Origin: an uncultured Candidatus Saccharibacteria bacterium
Lineage (GTDB): Bacteria > Patescibacteriota > Saccharimonadia > Saccharimonadales > JAGQNJ01
Reading direction: 5' to 3'
Length of the DNA: 64,000 nt
Assembly: GCA_964577565.1 (NCBI GenBank)
Contig: CAZNZL010000003.1
Span: 241-64,240 of the forward strand
The translations under genes were made by a program, and so were the position numbers. This document shows, piece by piece, positions 34,407 to 44,441 of this stretch. Each line of letters starts with the position of its first letter. The first letter of the stretch is position 1. Under the pieces are notes generated by a model, which searched no databases, had not been told where the DNA came from, and saw only the letters and a program-made list of their open reading frames with translations.

Positions 34407-37400
34407 ATGAAATTCAAGTGGTTTGCAAAAACAGAAAAAGATAAGCAGGTAGCCTTACCCGCAGACAATGAGCAAAATAACACTAGGGCAAACAAGCCTG
34501 AAGGTGCGTTTATAGTGGAAGCAAAACGTACAAACTCTCTTAAAAAGTTCTTGCCAAAACCATCAAGGCGTGTGGTCGTTGTGTTGGTATTTATAATGAT
34601 ACTGTTAGCTGGCGGTATTACGTACTGGGTAATTGATCAAAAGCCATTTATGATTGGTAGCCACACGGTACTAAAGAAAGATTTAGCAAACTCTAGCAAT
34701 GCGATTAAGAACGCCTACGAGGCTAACGATCACGATGCCTCTGAGGCAGAGCGACTAGGCCGCGAGCAAGCTGTCTTGCTTGCCGCGCTTAAAACCGAAG
34801 CAGATAAACGGAATATTAAATACGGCAAAGCAGAGATAGATAAAATATTACAAGAATCTTTTGATTTTTATGGTAGCAGAGAGCAGTTTTTCAGGCATAT
34901 GCAAGATGAAAACAAATGGACTGAAGAGGATGTTTACAGATACAGAACTGTCGAGTACTTGAAAGAAAAATTGCAAGCAGATTTGATTGCCAGAAGAACG
35001 TACGCGCTGATGTTTGTTCGGTGGGATAATTTAAGGGCGAATAACCCTGATAATTTTGAACAATTATATAAACAAAAAGAAGAGCTACTAAAGAACAAGT
35101 ACCTGCCTTATTTTAGGCTCAAGGCTGATGTGAATACCCTTGCCTCGTTGGCTGATTACGCAGATGGAGCGAGCGAAGAGCAGCAAATGAAAGCTTTTTC
35201 AAGTAGTGATGGGGTGCCAGTATCGTTTACGGTTACAGAAATGGGGTTCGGTGATTTGCTAAAGTACGATGAGGGTGAAGACATGCTTGCCACACTGCAA
35301 GCAATCGAGAACGTGGGTGATTTTATTGGTCCCTTCAAATCAAATATGGGCATTTTAGTCATTGCAAGACTTGAAAAGTCTGAGGGTGGGCCATATAGAA
35401 ACTGGGATCACTTTCGTGAGCATTATGAGAAAATATCCGGGGTTTCTTTTGGCCCGTCGGTATTTTCTAGAATAGTTTCGTCGGTTAAATCGCTTGTCGG
35501 CAATAGCCAGCACAATCCTATTCTGCCCAAAAAAGCTGAGGCTGCCGCAACAAACTGTTTAGAGACTCACCCTGTACGCTATGAACTTGTATATATAGAC
35601 AAAGATACAGGTGCTCCGTTGCCTGCAGGTGCAATAAGCGGTATACAGTTTGGCTTTGGCGCTAATCGGGCCATGCATCTTTGTACGGCAGGGGGTTATA
35701 CAAGTAATGGTTGGAGTGTAGGGAAGCCCTTTCAATACGCCAACCATACCTGGAGAAATGTCAGCAAGTTATTTAAGATCAACACATCAAACGCAAACGT
35801 AAGGGTTGAGGTTGATTGTAACGGGCCCCAGTGGGGAATATTCGGTGATCCTATACGGTCAATACCGGGGTACGTTTACGTTAATAAAACGATGCCACCT
35901 GGCCAGTCATCACCATTTGAGTGGAAAGCATCATTAAATGGCGATGCGAACCATTTAACATATTTGTTTTACCGTAAAGTAGCAAAACCGTTTGACGTGT
36001 CTCCTTCTAGAACAATTGACCCCAATACCGGAAGGGTTAACTTTGCCGCTAGCAACCGAAAAGAAGGGGAAGCTCGTCTTAATGACCGTAAGGGTGTCAT
36101 GATTGATCGGCGTGTGTGGGTGAATAATGTAATAAGATACACAAAAAGCCAAAGAATTATTATTAACGGCAATGCCACCTGGGCAGAGAGCTGGACTCCG
36201 TCGAACCCATTACCTGGCGGTGCTAAGGTGTGTGCTTCTATTTCAGTACGACCACCAACAGGGTATACTGATACAACTGTATATAACCCAAATGCCGCCT
36301 CGAGAAGTGCTGGCTCACGTACCGCAGACTGCGTTACGATTCCGCGCCCTACTAAAATTTCTTGCGACAATATAGTTATTAATCCAAGCCCGCCAATACC
36401 AGGACAAGATTTAAGTATCCAGGGTAATTTCCGGTATTCCGGTGGGGTGGGGAGCGGTAATCGCAGCTACACCATTACGCTTAATGCGCCCGGCTTTGGT
36501 ATTACTAATAGAGAGGTAGGCAACGGTAGTTTTCCTAATAATGGCAACGGGGTTATTTCTACAGAAGTAGTCAATATTTCAGGATCAGATGTCAATCCCG
36601 GGTCTCACCAGGTAACCTTCACTATTAGTGCTAACGGTGTTACCTATGATTCTCCGGCGCCTAATTGTAGCGAAACAATAAACGTAAGTCGTAAACCATA
36701 TTTCAGGGTATTTGGCGGAGACGTGGTGGTTGGTCGTGGATTTAAAAATGGCAATAGTTGTACTCCGACTGAAGCTAAAATCCAAGCCTTTACAAGGCAA
36801 GATGGTTCTAATTGGGCAGGCGCTGGGTCGCAGTTTGCCGCTAGTGCAGTTAGTGAGATTAACGACTTTCTCACCGCCAGCATGCATAACCCTGATACGG
36901 GGGGTACGTCTCGTCCTCCAACGGCTTTGGCGCTCGGTAACATAGCCAGTCCATTTGGTAAAGATAGGGGTGCCTACCAGGATTGCGTGACGGATTATTT
37001 TGCTTGGGCCACAGACCCGAATGGGGGAGCAGGCAGTAATCCAGGAGATGAAATCAATGGTTTAACTATAGGTAAGGGGCAGTCCAAGATTTTTGTACAC
37101 ACCGGCGACCTCCGTATTACAAATAATATTGAATACAATACAGAAGACCGCGGTAGTGATCTTGCAAACATTCCAAGCTTCTTCTTGGTAGTTAAGGGCA
37201 ACATACATATTGCACCGGGCGTAACCCAATTGGATGGCGTCTATATTGCCCAGCCAAATGGCGGGTCAGGCGGTGATATAAACACTTGTTATCACCCGGA
37301 TCCTGATGATTATACGGGTTGCGATAACCAACTAGTGGTTAACGGCGCATTTGCGGCTAAAAATGTCTTATTAAGACGCACAAACGGTAATGTTTCAGTA

Positions 37401-37553
37401 GCTAGTACGAATGAACCTGCTGGCTCGGGTGAAATAGCAGAAGTCTTTAATTTTACGCCTGAAATATTACTAGGGCTTACTAATGTACAATCTGGTAACA
37501 CCTCATCACTTGGCCGTTATGACGCCGTTGTTGGCTTGCCGCCAATATTGTAG
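34407..37553 (+). CDS. large membrane-anchored surface protein, paralog 2 (1048 aa)
   Basis: TM anchor (VVVVLVFIMILLAGGITYWVI), a SurA-N/parvulin-like N-terminal region, beta-rich middle domains and the shared C-terminal module ending VGLPPIL. Confidence 0.85.
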   Translation: MKFKWFAKTEKDKQVALPADNEQNNTRANKPEGAFIVEAKRTNSLKKFLPKPSRRVVVVLVFIMILLAGGITYWVIDQKPFMIGSHTVLKKDLANSSNAIKNAYEANDHDASEAERLGREQAVLLAALKTEADKRNIKYGKAEIDKILQESFDFYGSREQFFRHMQDENKWTEEDVYRYRTVEYLKEKLQADLIARRTYALMFVRWDNLRANNPDNFEQLYKQKEELLKNKYLPYFRLKADVNTLASLADYADGASEEQQMKAFSSSDGVPVSFTVTEMGFGDLLKYDEGEDMLATLQAIENVGDFIGPFKSNMGILVIARLEKSEGGPYRNWDHFREHYEKISGVSFGPSVFSRIVSSVKSLVGNSQHNPILPKKAEAAATNCLETHPVRYELVYIDKDTGAPLPAGAISGIQFGFGANRAMHLCTAGGYTSNGWSVGKPFQYANHTWRNVSKLFKINTSNANVRVEVDCNGPQWGIFGDPIRSIPGYVYVNKTMPPGQSSPFEWKASLNGDANHLTYLFYRKVAKPFDVSPSRTIDPNTGRVNFAASNRKEGEARLNDRKGVMIDRRVWVNNVIRYTKSQRIIINGNATWAESWTPSNPLPGGAKVCASISVRPPTGYTDTTVYNPNAASRSAGSRTADCVTIPRPTKISCDNIVINPSPPIPGQDLSIQGNFRYSGGVGSGNRSYTITLNAPGFGITNREVGNGSFPNNGNGVISTEVVNISGSDVNPGSHQVTFTISANGVTYDSPAPNCSETINVSRKPYFRVFGGDVVVGRGFKNGNSCTPTEAKIQAFTRQDGSNWAGAGSQFAASAVSEINDFLTASMHNPDTGGTSRPPTALALGNIASPFGKDRGAYQDCVTDYFAWATDPNGGAGSNPGDEINGLTIGKGQSKIFVHTGDLRITNNIEYNTEDRGSDLANIPSFFLVVKGNIHIAPGVTQLDGVYIAQPNGGSGGDINTCYHPDPDDYTGCDNQLVVNGAFAAKNVLLRRTNGNVSVASTNEPAGSGEIAEVFNFTPEILLGLTNVQSGNTSSLGRYDAVVGLPPIL

Positions 37554-37577
37554 GTTTAGCTTGTACATTACATCAAC

Positions 37578-37592
37578 GCTTATGCTATAATT
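37578..37592 (+). promoter_or_regulatory. extended -10 promoter box GCTTATGCTATAATT, 8 nt before the pilM ATG
   Basis: The identical 15-mer recurs at 46028-46042. There is no Shine-Dalgarno sequence. Confidence 0.65.
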
Positions 37593-37599
37593 CTCACTA

Positions 37600-38637
37600 A
37601 TGAGTTTATTAACCGGCGTCTCCGATTTTTTTGGACTGGACATCGGCACCTCAGCAGTTAGAATAGTTGAACTTAGAGGGGGTGGGCCAGTAAAGCAGCT
37701 TGTTCGCTATGGGTACGTTCCGATAGACATCAAGCTCTCTATGAGCGATGCTAAAGCCGATCAGCAAAAGGTAGCGCAAATTATTCAAGATTTGCTTTCG
37801 CAGGCTCGAGTATCAAGTAGAAACGTAGTAGTTGGCATACCCTCGCAGCGGGTTTTTACTACGGTGGTAGATATAGATAAAATTGATGAACATGAGCTAG
37901 AGCAATCAATTAAGTATCAGGCGGATTCAATTATTCCTACCTCAATAGAAGAGTCTAAAATTGACTGGGCTGTGTTGGGTGATTCGCCAAAAGAACAAGG
38001 TAAGGTTGAAATTTTGCTTACTAGCGTGCCTACCAAATACATCGAAGGGCACCTTGATTTGCTTGAATCAATAGGCTTAAACGTTATTGCGTTTGAACCT
38101 GATAATTTAGCACTTACCAGGGCATTGGTTGCGCCTGATGCCACCGCGCCTCAAATGGTGTTAGACGTTGGTCATAACAGCACAGACTTAGTGATAACCA
38201 TGAACGGAGCACCGCGCTTAACCCGGTCAATCGCAACCGGCTCAGAGGCAATCGTACGCGCTGCCATGCAAAACCTAAGCATTGATCAGTTGCAAGCTAA
38301 CCAGTTTGTATATAAATTTGGTTTAAGTAAAGACCGTCTAGAGGGCCAAATTTTTAACGCCATTATTGGTACGGTAGACATATTGACATCAGAAGTTGAA
38401 AAATCTATAAAGTTCTTTGCTAATCGATATCAAACAAATCTCGAGCGCATTATTGTAGCTGGTGCAGCCGCCGTTTTACCTGAAATGCCAGCCTACATTG
38501 CCACCAAAGCTGGCCTGAATGTAGAGATTGGCAATGCATGGCGCAATGTAAACCCCGGTTCTGCCCAGCAAAGCGATTTAATGGCGATGTCTCCTTATTT
38601 TGGAGTGGCTGCAGGGTTAGCGGAGCGTGAGGAGTAA
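37600..38637 (+). CDS. pilM: type IV pilus assembly protein PilM (actin-like ATPase fold)
   Basis: FGLDIGTSAVRIVEL start, 345 aa, followed by pilN and pilO. Confidence 0.88.
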   Translation: MSLLTGVSDFFGLDIGTSAVRIVELRGGGPVKQLVRYGYVPIDIKLSMSDAKADQQKVAQIIQDLLSQARVSSRNVVVGIPSQRVFTTVVDIDKIDEHELEQSIKYQADSIIPTSIEESKIDWAVLGDSPKEQGKVEILLTSVPTKYIEGHLDLLESIGLNVIAFEPDNLALTRALVAPDATAPQMVLDVGHNSTDLVITMNGAPRLTRSIATGSEAIVRAAMQNLSIDQLQANQFVYKFGLSKDRLEGQIFNAIIGTVDILTSEVEKSIKFFANRYQTNLERIIVAGAAAVLPEMPAYIATKAGLNVEIGNAWRNVNPGSAQQSDLMAMSPYFGVAAGLAEREE

Positions 38638-38639
38638 AA

Positions 38640-39338
38640 ATGGTCCAGTTTAACTTATTACCAGATGTAAAGCTAGAATATATAAAAGCCCAGCGTACCA
38701 AGCGTTTGGTTATGCTAGCAGCATTTACTGCCACCGGGCTGGCGGTGTTTGTGCTGGTTTTGTTGTTTTTAGTAGTTAATGTGTTTCAAAAGCAGCACCT
38801 TTCAAACCTAAACAACGATATAAAGGCTAAAACCGAACAATTAAAGTCAGTTGAAGATCTTGAAAAGGTCTTGACGATTCAGAATCAACTAAAGAGCCTA
38901 ACCCCGCTGCATGAGTCTAAGCCTGCAACCAGTCGCCTCAACGACTATTTGGTTCAACTTACTCCCAATGATGCAAAAATATCAGAAGTTGAAATAGATT
39001 TTAGTCAAAGTTCAATGACAATTTCAGGCTCGGCAGGAGCGCTTGAAACAATAAACCGGTTTGCAGATATTTTGAAGTTTACTGATTACAAAGCAGGCGA
39101 AACAAGCGACAAGGCCTTTTCAGAGGTAGTGCTTGAAAGCTATGGCTCTGCAGGTGGGCGTGCAGATAACGGCCGAAGCCCTTACTCATTTACGTTTAAG
39201 TTTGACCCGGTAATTTTTGATAATACTAAAACTGTGCAACTTGTGGTGCCAAATATTATTTCAACCCGTTCTGTCATCGAGACTCCAACAGACTTATTTG
39301 AGCCTAAGCCACAAGTAGAAGTGGAGCAGAACCAATGA
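38640..39338 (+). CDS. pilN: type IV pilus assembly protein PilN
   Basis: FNLLPD start, a single TM helix and a coiled coil. Confidence 0.8.
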   Translation: MVQFNLLPDVKLEYIKAQRTKRLVMLAAFTATGLAVFVLVLLFLVVNVFQKQHLSNLNNDIKAKTEQLKSVEDLEKVLTIQNQLKSLTPLHESKPATSRLNDYLVQLTPNDAKISEVEIDFSQSSMTISGSAGALETINRFADILKFTDYKAGETSDKAFSEVVLESYGSAGGRADNGRSPYSFTFKFDPVIFDNTKTVQLVVPNIISTRSVIETPTDLFEPKPQVEVEQNQ

Positions 39339-40006
39339 CAACCTCGCAGCAATCAAATACCAAACGCGTACTAATTGATAAGGCTAATAGCACTATGGTT
39401 GCTTCAATTGCTATTGCTGGCTTCTTGATTATGTTTTCGATAGTAGCGAGCCGCGCACTATTAAGCCAAAGAGGCTACCAAGCCCGAGTTATAACCGAGA
39501 AAGAAAAAGCCGTAAAACAACTAGATGACAATATTACCGCGGTTGATAAGCTAGCCATCACCTACCAAGAGTTTATTAAAACCCCCGATAACGTCATTGG
39601 TGGCAACCCTACTGGTGTAGGTGATAAAGACGGCAATAACGCAAAGATTGTTTTGGATGCATTGCCAAGCAAATATGACTTTCCGGCCTTTATTACCAGC
39701 GTACAGAAGTTGCTTAGTATCAAAAACTTTACGCTTGAAAACATTGGCGGAAACGACGAAGAAACAAAATATACAGACAGCAAAGACAAAGATCCGGTTG
39801 AAATACCGTTTCAAATTTCTAGCACTGTTGAGAACTATGGGCGAGCCAAAGAGCTACTTACCACCTTAGAACAATCGATCAGGCCTATTAAAGTTAATAC
39901 AGTCACCATTGGCGGAGAACAAGGAACCCTCAGCCTTGATATCGATGCGGTATCATACTTCAAGGCATCTCGCGGACTAACGATTGAAAAGAAGGAAGTA
40001 AAGTGA
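39335..40006 (+). CDS. pilO: type IV pilus assembly protein PilO-like
   Basis: Single TM helix plus coiled coil plus ferredoxin-like C-terminus. Its position fits and the start/stop overlap suggests translational coupling. Confidence 0.65.
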   Translation: MTTSQQSNTKRVLIDKANSTMVASIAIAGFLIMFSIVASRALLSQRGYQARVITEKEKAVKQLDDNITAVDKLAITYQEFIKTPDNVIGGNPTGVGDKDGNNAKIVLDALPSKYDFPAFITSVQKLLSIKNFTLENIGGNDEETKYTDSKDKDPVEIPFQISSTVENYGRAKELLTTLEQSIRPIKVNTVTIGGEQGTLSLDIDAVSYFKASRGLTIEKKEVK

Positions 40007-40239
40007 AACAAAAAGATATAACCTTAATTATTATCGTGGTCTTTATTTCTGGTGTTATTTCATTTATTTTGTCTAACATGCTCATAACGAGCCCAGAGAA
40101 TCGCAAAGAACAGGTAGAGGTTGTCGAGCCGATTACTGCCGAGTTTACTAAACCTGATGAACGGTATTTTAATGCCAACTCTATCAACCCAACTCAGTTA
40201 ATACAAATTGGTAATCAAGATAATCAGCAACCATTCTAG
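40003..40239 (+). CDS. small single-TM pilus-locus protein (78 aa)
   Basis: TM helix (ITLIIIVVFISGVISFILSNMLI), translationally coupled to pilO. Confidence 0.55.
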   Translation: MKQKDITLIIIVVFISGVISFILSNMLITSPENRKEQVEVVEPITAEFTKPDERYFNANSINPTQLIQIGNQDNQQPF

Positions 40240-40266
40240 GTTGCCTGGTTTGGGCATGGTAGCAGT

Positions 40267-42096
40267 ATGAGTGTCTTGTCAACAGAGATACAGAAAAAGG
40301 TCGAAGATACCTTAGTGGCAGAGGGCGTACTTACGACTGACATTATTCGAAACCTAAAAAAGAAATCCAAGCTTGAAGGCAAACCGTTTTTTTCGCTGCT
40401 GTTGAGTGAGGCTAAAATTTCTGACGAAATCTTAACAAAAACCATCGCCCATGCGTCAGGGGTGCCTTATGTAAATCTTAGCAAGGCAGTCATACCTGGC
40501 AAGACACTCGATTTATTACCCAAAGATATCGCGGAGCGATACATGGCGGTACCTTTAGGCGAAATGCAAAATCGCCTTGTTATTGCAATGCTTGATGCCG
40601 GTAACGTACAGGCCATTGATTTTCTTTCTAATAAAATTGGCCGGCCGGTTAAAGTCTTTGCAGCCAGCGAAACAGGCATTCGAAACGTCATAAAACAATA
40701 TAAAGTTGATGTCTCGGCGGCTATGAAAATGGCTATTTCCGGTGAAGACATAAAAAGCAATATTGCCGAGGTAGAGACGGGGGCAAAAGATCACAAAGAT
40801 GAGTCTAACAAAGGCACGTTTAAGGCAGAGAAGCGTGATATTAAGTCAATTGTGCAGGATTCGCCAATCAGTAAAGTACTTTCAGCCATTCTTGACTATG
40901 CCGCTACTAACGGCGCAAGTGATATTCATATTGAGCCGCTTGAGAATGAGCTGAAAATTCGCTGCCGTATTGATGGGGTATTGCGTGAAGTTATGCGTTT
41001 GCCTAAGGCGGCAGAACCACCCTTGGTTTCACGTGTTAAGATTCTTTCTAACCTTAAAATTGATGAACATCGCCTGCCGCAAGACGGCCAGTTTACGGTT
41101 AACGTCGCAAACAGAAGTATTGATCTTCGTATTGCAATTTCGCCGGTGGTATGGGGTGAACAAGTGGTTATACGTTTGCTTGATAAGTCGGGCACAAGCC
41201 TCAAGCTTGAAGACATGGGCTATAAGGGCCGTGCCCTTAGAACGATTAGAAACGCTCTCAAACACCCGAACGGCATGGTTTTAACCTCGGGTCCGACGGG
41301 CTCTGGTAAGTCAACCTCTATGTATGCTTTGTTGCAAGAAATTAAAAACGATTCAATTAACATCGTGACGCTTGAAGATCCGGTGGAATATAAGATGGAG
41401 GGGGTTAACCAGATACAGGTTAACGCTGACATTGGGCTAACGTTTGCGTCAGGCTTGCGCTCTATATTGCGCCAAGACCCCAACGTTGTAATGGTGGGTG
41501 AAATTCGCGACAAAGAAACGGCCACGCTAGCCGTACAGGCTGCCTTAACGGGGCACCTTGTCTTTTCTACGCTTCACACCAACTCGGCAGCGGGTATTTT
41601 GCCACGCTTGCTTGACATGGGGATTGAGCCGTTCTTGATTGCCTCAACCGTGCGTACTGTTATTGGGCAGCGGTTAGTGCGTCGGTTGGCGCCCGGTGCG
41701 GTTTCGTACCAGTCGTCGCCGTCAGAAACCCAGGCTATTCAGCAAGTTCTGGGCCCATTGTTGCCGCCAAGCGCCCAAGAAGTACCAAAGTATGCAGCTG
41801 ATCTTGGGTATAAAACCTTGCCACTACGAGGCCAAAACGCTTATACTTTATTCAAGAGCGAAGATAGCAGCTCAGCACCTGGCGGTTATAAGGGCAGAAT
41901 GGGCTTGTATGAGGTATTCGATGTTACGCCTGAAATACAACAACTCATTTTAAAACGGGCAACCAGCAGCGAGATTCAGAGAATGGCCTTGCAGCAGGGT
42001 ATGGTTAGTATGCGACAAGATGGCTTTTTGAAAGCTCTTGAAGGCGCAACGACCCTAGCCGAAGTTAACCGTGTTGCCGCTGAGGAAAGCGTTTAA
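40267..42096 (+). CDS. pilB: type IV pilus extension ATPase PilB (GspE family)
   Basis: T2SSE N-terminal domain, Walker A (GPTGSGKST), Asp box and His box. Confidence 0.92.
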   Translation: MSVLSTEIQKKVEDTLVAEGVLTTDIIRNLKKKSKLEGKPFFSLLLSEAKISDEILTKTIAHASGVPYVNLSKAVIPGKTLDLLPKDIAERYMAVPLGEMQNRLVIAMLDAGNVQAIDFLSNKIGRPVKVFAASETGIRNVIKQYKVDVSAAMKMAISGEDIKSNIAEVETGAKDHKDESNKGTFKAEKRDIKSIVQDSPISKVLSAILDYAATNGASDIHIEPLENELKIRCRIDGVLREVMRLPKAAEPPLVSRVKILSNLKIDEHRLPQDGQFTVNVANRSIDLRIAISPVVWGEQVVIRLLDKSGTSLKLEDMGYKGRALRTIRNALKHPNGMVLTSGPTGSGKSTSMYALLQEIKNDSINIVTLEDPVEYKMEGVNQIQVNADIGLTFASGLRSILRQDPNVVMVGEIRDKETATLAVQAALTGHLVFSTLHTNSAAGILPRLLDMGIEPFLIASTVRTVIGQRLVRRLAPGAVSYQSSPSETQAIQQVLGPLLPPSAQEVPKYAADLGYKTLPLRGQNAYTLFKSEDSSSAPGGYKGRMGLYEVFDVTPEIQQLILKRATSSEIQRMALQQGMVSMRQDGFLKALEGATTLAEVNRVAAEESV

Positions 42097-42113
42097 AAGG
42101 TGGGAAATAAAAC

Positions 42114-43181
42114 ATGAACGGACAACCAAGAATCGAACTTTTACTAGAAGAAGTCGTTAAAAAGAAGGCTTCAGATCTTCACATCCAAGTTGGCTTACCG
42201 CCGATGTTGCGTATCGATGGCAAATTAACACCTGTACAGGGCCAAGAAGCACTAACTGAAGAGCTCGTTGAGACCCTGGTTTTCTCAATCCTTGATGAAG
42301 ACCAAAAACAAATTTTACTTAAAGATAAAGAGTTTGACTTTAGCTTTGCCTTTGGTGACCTAGGGCGTTTTCGTGTCAATGCCTTTCATGAGCGGGGCAA
42401 CATGGCGGCAGCACTGCGCCTTATCCCCAACGAGATTCGCACCGTAGAACAGCTTGGCTTACCGCCGATTATAAACAAATTTGCTCAGCATCCGCGGGGT
42501 CTTGTTCTGGTAACAGGTCCAACCGGCTCTGGTAAATCTACTACATTAGCTGCTTTAATAGATAAAATTAACAGCGAACGAGCCGACCACATTATTACCA
42601 TAGAGGACCCAATTGAATATACGCACCGGTCTAAAAAATCCGTCGTGGCGCAGCGAGAAGTCCATTATGATACGTTCTCGTTCTCGGCAGCTCTACGCAG
42701 TACCTTGCGTGAAGACCCGGATGTCGTCTTGATTGGTGAAATGCGCGATCTTGAAACAATAGCGTCAGCCATCACCATTGCTGAGACAGGACACTTGGTA
42801 TTTGCAACGTTGCACACCAACTCGGCCTCTCAGAGTATTGACCGTATGATTGACGTCTTTCCGCCGCACCAGCAGCCGCAAATTCGTGCGCAGTTGTCAA
42901 ACATTTTAATGGCTATTTGTTCACAGCGGCTTATTCCATCAATTGGCGGCGGTCGTGTCGCAGCAGCAGAAATTCTTATTGCAACACCGGCGGTCCGTAA
43001 CATTATTCGCGAGGGCAAAACACACCAACTAGAGGCAGTGATCCAAACCGGTGCTGAGTTTGGTATGCAATCTATGGATAAAACTCTCGTATCGCTTATT
43101 CATAGCGGAACAATTACCTATGATGAAGCGAGGAACTATGCTGTTGATCTTGATGAGCTTGATAGGCTAATGAGAGGTTAG
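42114..43181 (+). CDS. pilT: type IV pilus retraction ATPase PilT
   Basis: 355 aa with ASDLHI, GPTGSGKSTTLA and GHLVFATLHTNSA. Confidence 0.92.
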   Translation: MNGQPRIELLLEEVVKKKASDLHIQVGLPPMLRIDGKLTPVQGQEALTEELVETLVFSILDEDQKQILLKDKEFDFSFAFGDLGRFRVNAFHERGNMAAALRLIPNEIRTVEQLGLPPIINKFAQHPRGLVLVTGPTGSGKSTTLAALIDKINSERADHIITIEDPIEYTHRSKKSVVAQREVHYDTFSFSAALRSTLREDPDVVLIGEMRDLETIASAITIAETGHLVFATLHTNSASQSIDRMIDVFPPHQQPQIRAQLSNILMAICSQRLIPSIGGGRVAAAEILIATPAVRNIIREGKTHQLEAVIQTGAEFGMQSMDKTLVSLIHSGTITYDEARNYAVDLDELDRLMRG

Positions 43182-43182
43182 C

Positions 43183-44400
43183 ATGCAGACGTTTAAATAC
43201 GAGGCAAGAAACCCTGAATCTGGCGAGATGGTCAAAGCAGTTGTCGATGCAGACAGCGAGCAAACCGCAGCCAAGATTATAAAAAGAGAAGGCTTAATGC
43301 CTATTTCAATTAAACCGTTAGAGGAATCGTTTAACCCATTATCTAAATTTAAAAACCGCGTTAAATCTAAAGATAAAGTATTATTCTCGCGGCAACTCTC
43401 TACGCTTATTAATGCTGGTTTGCCACTGGTGCAATCACTGCGAAATGTTTCTGGTCAGACACAGAACAAAACGTTGAAGATGATTATCTCTAAAGTAATA
43501 GCAGACGTAGAGGCTGGTAACTCGTTCTCTAAGGCGCTATCACGGCACCCCAGGGTCTTTAATGAGGTATTTATTAATCTTGTGGCAGCCGGGGAAGCCT
43601 CCGGTACGCTAGATAAAGCGTTAGAGCGTATTGCTAACCAGCAAGAAAAAGATGCCGAGATTATCAGCAAAATTCGTGGGGCTATGGTCTATCCTGCTGT
43701 AGTTGTGGTGGTGATGATTGCAGTAGTTGGATTTATGGTGGTTACGGTTATGCCGCAGGTAGAAAACATCTATAAAGACTTGCCTGGAGCTAATTTACCT
43801 CTAGTGACAAGAATTCTCTTAGGTCTTTCTCATTTTGTTACTGATTATTGGTGGGTTACATTAATCTTAATTGCGCTTATTGTATTTTTGGGTTCTCGAT
43901 GGGCGCGTTCTTTAGGGGGCAAAGAGGCGATTGATAAGTTTAAAATCAAGGCGCCCATGTTCGGGCCATTGTTTATGAAGATGTACATGGCACGATTTAC
44001 GCGCACTGGCGCTACGTTGGTATCAAGCGGCGTACCGTTAATTCAAATGCTTGAAATTGTTGCTAGATCAGTTAACAACGTACACATAACTCGTTCAGTA
44101 AAAAAAGCCATCGAAAAAGTCAAAGGGGGTAAATCGCTATCGCAGTCTTTAGCTGGTGACCCATACTTTTTACAGTTAGTGCCCGATATGATCCATATCG
44201 GTGAAGAGTCCGGTTCATTAGAAGATATGCTGTCAAAAACCGCTGATTATTATGAAAAAGAGGTTGATAACGAGATTAAAACTATTTCAACCGTTATCGA
44301 GCCTATTTTAATGATTATGCTTGGTATCGTAGCCTTTATTATTGTTGCAGCCGTGCTACTACCGGTATATGGCCTGGTTAATCAAACCAACATTATCTAA
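43183..44400 (+). CDS. pilC: type IV pilus platform protein PilC (GspF family)
   Basis: Duplicated GspF domains and three TM segments. Confidence 0.9.
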   Translation: MQTFKYEARNPESGEMVKAVVDADSEQTAAKIIKREGLMPISIKPLEESFNPLSKFKNRVKSKDKVLFSRQLSTLINAGLPLVQSLRNVSGQTQNKTLKMIISKVIADVEAGNSFSKALSRHPRVFNEVFINLVAAGEASGTLDKALERIANQQEKDAEIISKIRGAMVYPAVVVVVMIAVVGFMVVTVMPQVENIYKDLPGANLPLVTRILLGLSHFVTDYWWVTLILIALIVFLGSRWARSLGGKEAIDKFKIKAPMFGPLFMKMYMARFTRTGATLVSSGVPLIQMLEIVARSVNNVHITRSVKKAIEKVKGGKSLSQSLAGDPYFLQLVPDMIHIGEESGSLEDMLSKTADYYEKEVDNEIKTISTVIEPILMIMLGIVAFIIVAAVLLPVYGLVNQTNII

Positions 44401-44412
44401 ACAAAGAAAAGC

Positions 44413-44441
44413 TTGCATTTGCCCACAAAAAGGCATAGTAT
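44413..44441 (+). promoter_or_regulatory. candidate major-pilin promoter (TTGCAT-17-TAGTAT) giving a ~225-nt leader
   Basis: Hexamers at 44413-44418 and 44436-44441. Confidence 0.5.

Noticed and set aside
31983-37553. The two paralogs as targets of a diversity-generating retroelement (common in CPR genomes)
   Set aside because: There is no reverse transcriptase or Avd gene in the window and no template/variable repeat pair. Nucleotide differences between the paralogous C-termini are spread over all bases rather than being adenine-specific.
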